DNA from: an uncultured Rickettsiales bacterium
GTDB taxonomy: Bacteria > Pseudomonadota > Alphaproteobacteria > Micavibrionales > GCA-2720935
Direction: 5' to 3'
DNA length: 64,000 nucleotides
NCBI GenBank assembly: GCA_950054255.1
Contig: CATLOR010000002.1
Coordinates: 143,106-207,105, forward strand
In this document: in pieces, positions 58,323 to 64,000 of the stretch
Layout: every line of letters begins with the position of its first letter
Position numbering within the stretch: the stretch's first letter is position 1
Notes under the pieces: generated by a model
Told to the model about the DNA's origin: nothing
Database searches by the model: none
The model's input: the letters and a program-made list of their open reading frames with translations, nothing else
Program-made: the position numbers and the translations under genes

Positions 58323-59572
58323 TCTGACACCTCCTGAAGTGCTGGCTCTTGATAAGCGCCTATGATGTTGGAATTGAATTCGGCGGCGCGGCTGATATGC
58401 ATCTCTTTGACCGCTGCCAGTTGTGCCTGAATGTTCAGGCGGTCGATTTTGGCCAGCAAAACAGAATCCAGATTTTCGGTTCCGGCTTCATAATTACGCT
58501 GCGCGGCATCGATCTTCTTTTTCATCGCCCAGTCTTTATCCTGCAGGACTTTGACGTTCTTGGCGGCGGCATCACGGTTGCTCTGCAGCGCGGTCATCTG
58601 TTTGTCCCAGAGGCGGCGCACATCGTCATAAGCGAATTTGGCGCTGCGCTCACGCTCTCTGGCGGCTTTGAGTTTGGGTTTTTGGTTGCTGTCCGCCCAG
58701 AGCGGTATGCTGACCTGCGCCTGTATTGAAAACCAGTCATCGCCGGAGAAGCTGCCGCGCTCACCATCCTCGCGCTGCTTATAGACAGCGTTGATCCCGA
58801 AATTCGGCAGGAAGGCGGCATCGGCGATTCCCACATCCTTTTTGGCGATATCGATATCCTCGGCGGCAATCATCACCGGATAAAGCGCTGTGGGGTTTTT
58901 GTCCCACGCCATATCAGCAATCTCCGGCATGTCGATATCCGGCACATCATCAATCAGGCGTATAAATTCGGCTTCAATAGAGGCCAGCCGCGCATCCAGA
59001 TCATTGAGCTTGCGTTCGGCCTCGGCGCGTTCTACGTCCACTTCGGAAAATCTTTGATAAACCGCGCGGCCTGATTCAATCTGGCCTTTAAACGTGTTCT
59101 CCAGCTCCTTGTAATGGCCGAGCTGGGTCTTGATCAGTTTTTTCTGGGTTTTAACACTCTCATATTCGGCCAGCTTGGAGATCAGCATAAAGCGCAACCG
59201 TGCATTGGTGTAATCCGCCATGAGCTTTTGCTTTTCCGACATTTGCTCATAGCGCTCAGATTTGGCTTCCCGCGCGGCAGGGTTGGGAATGCTTTGTGAA
59301 AACCCGATCACTTTGGAGGTTGGCAGGAAGCGGTCAAAAGCCGGATCCGATATTGGCATGTTATCAACGCCGATCATGAACATCGGATCGGGCAGGCCCA
59401 GCTCACCTTCAGCTTGTGATTTAAGCGCTTCGCTGCCCGCTAAAATGCTCTCCACTTGCGGGTGTTCACTAAGGCGCTTTACATACGCCTCAAAGGTCTC
59501 GGCATGGGCGGGCATCGATGCCAGCAGAGCAAAAAGCGCGGTGAATATTATTGTATGGTGTTTGTTTCGCAT
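58319..59572 (-). CDS. cusC: TolC-family outer-membrane factor CusC-like
   Basis: 417 aa, signal peptide, two OEP repeats. 4-nt overlap with cusB. Confidence 0.8.
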   Translation of the reverse strand: MRNKHHTIIFTALFALLASMPAHAETFEAYVKRLSEHPQVESILAGSEALKSQAEGELGLPDPMFMIGVDNMPISDPAFDRFLPTSKVIGFSQSIPNPAAREAKSERYEQMSEKQKLMADYTNARLRFMLISKLAEYESVKTQKKLIKTQLGHYKELENTFKGQIESGRAVYQRFSEVDVERAEAERKLNDLDARLASIEAEFIRLIDDVPDIDMPEIADMAWDKNPTALYPVMIAAEDIDIAKKDVGIADAAFLPNFGINAVYKQREDGERGSFSGDDWFSIQAQVSIPLWADSNQKPKLKAARERERSAKFAYDDVRRLWDKQMTALQSNRDAAAKNVKVLQDKDWAMKKKIDAAQRNYEAGTENLDSVLLAKIDRLNIQAQLAAVKEMHISRAAEFNSNIIGAYQEPALQEVSE

Positions 59573-59625
59573 GGTCTGATCTCCTTTTGGTTAAGCGAAA
59601 AGCGCATAACAAAATGCACTTAGCG

Positions 59626-59648
59626 CCCGTCATATTTCCAATGACAGG
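59626..59648. promoter_or_regulatory. candidate operator dyad upstream of cusC
   Basis: CCCGTCAT-ATTTCCA-ATGACAGG (7 of 8 matching arms), 54-76 nt upstream of the cusC ATG. The TGTCAT/ATGAC half-sites recall copper-box elements, but in a different arrangement. Confidence 0.3.
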
Positions 59649-59669
59649 CACACTAAAAGATATCCGTAT

Positions 59670-60077
59670 TTAGATGCGGAAGCGTTGTGTGGTGAGGTAG
59701 AGAGGGCGAGACGGAAGCTTATTCGCGCTCTCAAAAGGTGGGCCACGAATGACATTTGGTCTGTAGAGGAAATCATTATAATCAATAGCTAGATTTGCCC
59801 AAACAAAATCAACATCGGAAGAATCTTGAACCAAATCGTAGCTATTATCTATTTGAGCAAGATCAATCCCGAGACAGTCCATATTCAACATAAAATCACA
59901 ATCTGTTGATTGCTCATTCGATTCGTGACAAGGAGGTAAATCAGATTTTGTTTGTTCAGAAGCCTCTTTTGCATGAGCCTGCATAGGACAAAAAGACACG
60001 CTGCACGCTAAAGATAGCGTGAATATCGCAAAAATCATTAATGTCGAAACAGAAAATCTCATAATTTCATTGTACAC
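59670..60077 (-). CDS. hypothetical secreted protein (135 aa)
   Basis: Hydrophobic N-terminus (STLMIFAIFTLSLACS). Lower G+C than the cus genes. No recognisable motif. Confidence 0.4.
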   Translation of the reverse strand: MYNEIMRFSVSTLMIFAIFTLSLACSVSFCPMQAHAKEASEQTKSDLPPCHESNEQSTDCDFMLNMDCLGIDLAQIDNSYDLVQDSSDVDFVWANLAIDYNDFLYRPNVIRGPPFESANKLPSRPLYLTTQRFRI

Positions 60078-60149
60078 CTAAATAGTTAAATTTCAACTTT
60101 AATTATTTTATTCGTAATCTAAGTCAATTGGTTACTCTTTAGTTTCAAA

Positions 60150-60221
60150 GGTGATGTCAGACTAACTCGAACTATTCTCCAAAAGGGTGATGTCAGACTA
60201 AATCGAACTATTCTCCAAAAG
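60150..60221. repeat. tandem 2 x 36-bp duplication of the IS6 end (solo end remnant plus the end of copy 3)
   Basis: GGTGATGTCAGACTAACTCGAACTATTCTCCAAAAG (60150-60185) is followed directly by GGTGATGTCAGACTAAATCGAACTATTCTCCAAAAG (60186-60221). One mismatch. Confidence 0.9.
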
Positions 60222-60990
60222 CATACTACGTCAAGTTTTAGGCTACAAGAATTTCATTCCACGCATCAAGCGAGGATTGTCTTAAATCTTTAAATGTGTC
60301 TCTTTTTTCGTTGTGTCTTTCGTGATTAAAATAGTTTTGGAATTGCGATTGTATCGCGGTGAATTTTTGAAGGGATCCCATTGATCGGAACCTGTTCATG
60401 ATTTTTTCTCGCCGTCGAAAATGGAGGTGAGAGTTTTCAACTAAGTTGTTTTTATAGCGTGTCGTATTTTGTGAAAATTTCATATTCATGCGCTGTAAAG
60501 CAGCACCATAAGAGCCCAATTTATCTGTAATAATTTCTCTTGGTTTCCCGTGTTGTGAGACTAGTTTCTTAAGCACCTTAAGGGCGGCACGCCGATCCCG
60601 CTTTTTCGTTACGTAACAATCTAAAACCGTTCCTTCATGGTCAATCGCTCGCCATAAGTAATGTAACTCACCATTAATTTTGACGAATACCTCGTCGATG
60701 TGCCATCGCCATTTCGATGGGGCATGGCTACGTTTTTTCTTTAGCTCTTTGGCAATAATGGGACCCAGATGGTTCCACCAATATCGAACCGTTTCATGAC
60801 AAATATCAATGCCACGTTCGTACAAAATGTCTTCAACGTTTCGCAGGCTAAGCGGGTAACGAACATAGTACATGATCGCAAGTTTTATAATTTCAGGGCT
60901 GGTTTTGTAATATTTAAAGTGATTTATTTTTGTCATTATTAAGATTATCACGGCAAAAACCGTATAACATCATTTTAATCTGACAAGACC
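60186..60990 (-). mobile_element. IS6-family insertion sequence, copy 3 (805 bp)
   Basis: Same IRs as copy 1. 60186-60810 is identical by eye to 45521-46145. The last ~180 bp (tnp 5' end) is diverged. Confidence 0.9.
60238..60951 (-). CDS. IS6-family transposase (DDE)
   Basis: 237 aa. Identical to the copy-1 Tnp from about residue 28 onward, with a different N-terminal ~27 aa. Confidence 0.9.
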   Translation of the reverse strand: MIILIMTKINHFKYYKTSPEIIKLAIMYYVRYPLSLRNVEDILYERGIDICHETVRYWWNHLGPIIAKELKKKRSHAPSKWRWHIDEVFVKINGELHYLWRAIDHEGTVLDCYVTKKRDRRAALKVLKKLVSQHGKPREIITDKLGSYGAALQRMNMKFSQNTTRYKNNLVENSHLHFRRREKIMNRFRSMGSLQKFTAIQSQFQNYFNHERHNEKRDTFKDLRQSSLDAWNEILVA

Positions 60991-62105
60991 ATCATCAGTG
61001 TGGGCTTAACGGTGGGGTGCAGCTTAATATCATTACGCCGATGCGATGTTGCATGCACACCAGAATAATCCCAAACGTTAGTGCGGTAGCGTCCATGCTT
61101 GCCAAGTTCCACATTATTGGTATGAGAGTCACCAGCTTTCTTAAATACACATACAAACTCATGTTGTGAGCGGTACAAACTGCCCATACCAGCTGTTTGC
61201 TTGTTCCAAACACATATGTTCTTGAGGTCATCATAAATATCATGCGTTGCATTTAAGAGATCATTCACATGCCGCCAATCCATACATATGTAGTGAAGTG
61301 ATCCACTTTGGGATTGCTCAGCCGCTAAGGACAAAGACGTTTTTAAAAATGTCTGAAACTCTGATGTGCTCATTTCACCTGAGGCAAATGCAAACTCATC
61401 ATGTTGTGTTTTGCCCTTATTGCAAACATGACCCGAGATAGGCACGTTATACGGTGGGTCAATAAAACACATCTTTGCTTTTGCATCATCAAAGAATAAA
61501 ATCTCATAGTTTTCTTTTTGTAAGCTGTCTCCGCAATAAAGATAGTGTTTACCAAGTTGCCACAAATCACCAGACTCAACACGTTTTTCAATATTTAAAG
61601 GTTCTGGTAGAGGTGGTTCATCTTGATCTTGGCTGATTAAATCTTGGTGCACGATAAAATCAATTTCTGGCGTGTCGAACCCTGTAAGACTCAAATCAAA
61701 TTCTGTATCCATCTCAATCAGGTCTTCAAACTCTAATTTTAGAATATTAAAATCCCAGCCGGCTTTCTCTGCGAGTTTATTATCGGCTAAAATATAGGCT
61801 TTGCGCTGTGTACTTGTTAGATGTGAGAGCATAACAACAGGCACAGTATTGAGTTTTAAGAGCAATGCCGCTTTTACACGGCCAGCACCCGCTAATATCT
61901 TGTTAGTTTGATCAATCAGTATCGGATTTGTAAAACCGTATGCCTCAATACTATTTGCAATTTGTCTGATCTGTTTATCAGAATGCGTTCTCGCGCTGCG
62001 CTCGGGCACAACAATCTTAGATGGTGAGATATATGATATCTTTGATTTGTAAGTATGCGTTAAGTCTTTAGTTTTTGTGTTTCTGGTCATTTTTGAGCCC
62101 TCCAT
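60975..62105 (-). pseudogene. ParB-like nuclease domain / N6- or N4-DNA methyltransferase, 3'-truncated by IS copy 3
   Basis: N-terminal ParB/Srx-like region, DPPY motif (FIDPPYN), and HPTVKP. The ORF then runs into the IS inverted repeat (...TLMMVLSD stop). The AdoMet-binding FxGxG motif expected downstream is missing. Confidence 0.7.
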
Positions 62106-62166
62106 AAGCGTTATGCTTTAAGGATGGCAGGCTAGGAATTCTTCGTCACGGACGTTAATTGACCCA

Positions 62167-62766
62167 TTAATGTCCGTAGCCCATAACAGCGCTGTAATCT
62201 TTCTTCATAAGCTCTCTTAAAAGACCTGTTTCTATGTGTTTGGGGATTTTTAAAGCCGAAATCGAGCGATTTATTTCTTTTTCTGTAACACCAAGGTCTT
62301 TCTCAATTTTTCTTTTTGCTGGTGTAGCATCGTCACCTGAGCGTAAATAAAATTCATGTGCGGCAGCGACTTGAAGAATGGATGTGATTTTTGTGCCTTT
62401 TGGCCTACCGGGTGTCGCGTGTTTAAGGCCAAACGCTTCCCTGAAACCTTTACCGTCAAGCACTTGCTTCATGTTTTTTGTAAACCAAGTAGATATATAC
62501 AGATTGGGTTTCTCTTCGCTTTCCATTTTTGCGCACAATGTAGCAAGAAGGCGTTTGGCAATAACAGGCGAGGGGTTTTCTAAATGTTCGTGAAGCAAAA
62601 TTAATACTTGCTTATCATCATCTATGATCGAGCTTTTATTTTTGGATAGCAGTGTTTTTTCTATCCGCTTAAAAATATTATTCCTCATTTCTTCTGAATC
62701 AAAAGAAATATACAACGCATTTAAATCTTCTAAAAATGCGAGAAGCAAGTCAGGGTCATTATTCAT
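62167..62766 (-). CDS. hypothetical protein (199 aa), possible C-terminal HTH
   Basis: ORF only. GVTEKEINRSISAL is weakly HTH-like. Confidence 0.4.
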   Translation of the reverse strand: MNNDPDLLLAFLEDLNALYISFDSEEMRNNIFKRIEKTLLSKNKSSIIDDDKQVLILLHEHLENPSPVIAKRLLATLCAKMESEEKPNLYISTWFTKNMKQVLDGKGFREAFGLKHATPGRPKGTKITSILQVAAAHEFYLRSGDDATPAKRKIEKDLGVTEKEINRSISALKIPKHIETGLLRELMKKDYSAVMGYGH

Positions 62767-62881
62767 TTTAAAATCCTTTTATACTGTCTCTTTATTGTCG
62801 CAGATATTTTAATCTTTAAAAGTATAAATATAAACTGGACTTACCTGCGAAAGGAAGCGTGAATGGCTCTAACCTTAATGA

Positions 62882-63310
62882 ATGGAGCTATCTATGAATC
62901 AAATAAATACAAAGACTTCAAATTTGGAAGATTTGCGCGCACAGTGGCAGCAAGTTTGGGGAATAAAGCCGCATAATCGTATCGGGCGAAAAATGTTAAA
63001 GAGGAGCCTGCACTTTAAGCGCAACGAAAAACAGTTATCTCCAGATACACGAAAACGTCTCAATAAATTGATCCAAAAATATAAACGCAATCCTAATTAC
63101 TTTGAACAAGGGCATATGATCTTAAAACCGGGTGTGCGTATCTTGAGAGATTGGCAAGGTGTCACGCATCGTATAACCGTCACCAAAGAGGGGTTTGAAT
63201 ATCAAGATAAGCTTTATAAAAGCCTGTCCAAGATCGCTTGCAAAATCACAGGATCAAAGTGGAATGGCTGGGTGTTTTTTAATCTAAAGAATAAAAAGGA
63301 TACGCCATGA
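62882..63310 (+). CDS. DUF2924-family protein (recombinase-associated)
   Basis: LKPGVRILRDWQGVTHRITVTKEGFEYQDKLYKSLSKIACKITGSKWNGWVFF matches the DUF2924 pattern. ATGA overlap with the downstream recombinase. Confidence 0.7.
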   Translation: MELSMNQINTKTSNLEDLRAQWQQVWGIKPHNRIGRKMLKRSLHFKRNEKQLSPDTRKRLNKLIQKYKRNPNYFEQGHMILKPGVRILRDWQGVTHRITVTKEGFEYQDKLYKSLSKIACKITGSKWNGWVFFNLKNKKDTP

Positions 63311-64000
63311 ACAAGACCATAAAAAACTGTGCCATCTACACCCGTAAATCAACGGAAGAAGGCTTAGATCAAGAGTTTAATACGCTTGATGCTCAACGTG
63401 AGTCTTGTGAAGCTTATGTGTTAAGTCAGAAAGCAGACGGCTGGAAAACATTAAAGACCAACTATGATGATGGTGGTTACTCGGGCGGAAACATTGAACG
63501 TCCTGGACTTCAGGGGTTGATCGAAGATATTAAGGCCAAGAAAGTTCAAATAGTTGTTGTTTATAAGATTGATCGATTGACGAGGTCACTCGCGGACTTT
63601 TCAAAACTGGTTGAGATCTTTGATGAATATAATGTAACCTTTGTATCTGTCACACAGAGCTTTAATACAACGACAAGCATGGGACGATTAACGCTTAATG
63701 TGCTTTTATCTTTTGCACAATTTGAACGTGAAGTCACAGGTGAGCGTATTCGAGATAAGATCGCCGCCAGTAAGAAAAAAGGCATGTGGATGGGAGGCTT
63801 TCCGCCAATTGGCTATCAACGTATTGATAAAAAGCTTGTCCCCGAAGAGCAAGGTCAAAGAACCGTACAATTAATTTTTGAGCAATTTATTAAGCTTAAA
63901 TCGGTCAAAGCATTATCTGAATTTTTATTGTCGCAGAATATTAAAACACCAATACGTATTTCCAATAAAGGAAATGTCTATGGCGAGAAAAGCTTTAGCA
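63307..64000 (+). CDS. large serine recombinase (partial, continues beyond the window)
   Basis: Hand translation: MNKTIKNCAIYTRKSTEEGLDQEFNTLDAQRE...VVVYKIDRLTRSLADF...SFAQFEREVTGERIRDK...GMWMGGFPPIGY. This is the resolvase catalytic domain (the Ser in YTRKST) followed by the start of the recombinase domain. There is no stop before 64000, so it is absent from the ORF track. Confidence 0.85.
   Translation, partial: MNKTIKNCAIYTRKSTEEGLDQEFNTLDAQRESCEAYVLSQKADGWKTLKTNYDDGGYSGGNIERPGLQGLIEDIKAKKVQIVVVYKIDRLTRSLADFSKLVEIFDEYNVTFVSVTQSFNTTTSMGRLTLNVLLSFAQFEREVTGERIRDKIAASKKKGMWMGGFPPIGYQRIDKKLVPEEQGQRTVQLIFEQFIKLKSVKALSEFLLSQNIKTPIRISNKGNVYGEKSFS

Larger units (their letters stand above)
45521..60990 (-). 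mobile_element. IS6-family-bounded composite (pseudo-compound transposon-like) island carrying Cu/Ag resistance genes
   Basis: Directly oriented IS copies sit at both ends, with a compositionally foreign interior. See individual entries. Confidence 0.8.

Noticed and set aside
45513-60998. 8-bp target-site duplications flanking the island or individual IS copies
   Set aside because: The flanks compared were GTAGTGGC/ATCATCAG (outer), CTCATGGT/GTTTCAAA (inner), and the copy-specific flanks. None match, so no TSD is claimed.

Overview
The window has two parts.

(1) Positions 1 to about 45,400 are low-G+C core chromosome. Gene order looks alphaproteobacterial: rpsO-truB-rbfA-infB-ylxR-nusA-rimP, then CYTH-trmB-metK-XRE-lnt-corC-ybeY-phoH-miaB. 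After that come housekeeping genes (msbA-like ABC exporter, metY, rplM-rpsI, phaC, recJ, tRNA-Pro, tRNA-Glu) mixed with poorly characterised genes:
- a 1279-aa coiled-coil membrane protein;
- an 833-aa secreted low-complexity protein;
- an HExxH protein next to a degenerate EAL protein;
- a patatin / 2H-phosphoesterase pair;
- a five-gene Arn/Gtr-like envelope glycan-modification cluster (36.4-42.1 kb).

(2) Positions 45.5-61.0 kb are a composite island bounded by directly oriented IS6-family (IS26-like) copies, with nested or truncated older IS remnants at both inner edges. It carries about 13.5 kb of clearly higher-G+C foreign DNA encoding one unidirectional 12-gene copper/silver resistance array: cusC-cusB-cusA, a K-channel-like protein, a YHS-CusF fusion and DUF2231; then a MerR-type operator/promoter followed by merR, DUF2933, an ICMT-family methyltransferase, a 54-aa Cys-Cys/His-rich ORF missing from the ORF track, an APC permease and copA.

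The right-hand IS truncates a ParB-nuclease/DNA-methyltransferase gene. That gene belongs to a low-G+C integrative-element module (hypothetical protein, DUF2924, large serine recombinase) that runs off the window end.

I found no rRNA genes, CRISPR arrays or recognisable defence systems. All functional calls come from reading motifs in the translations. No database search was run.
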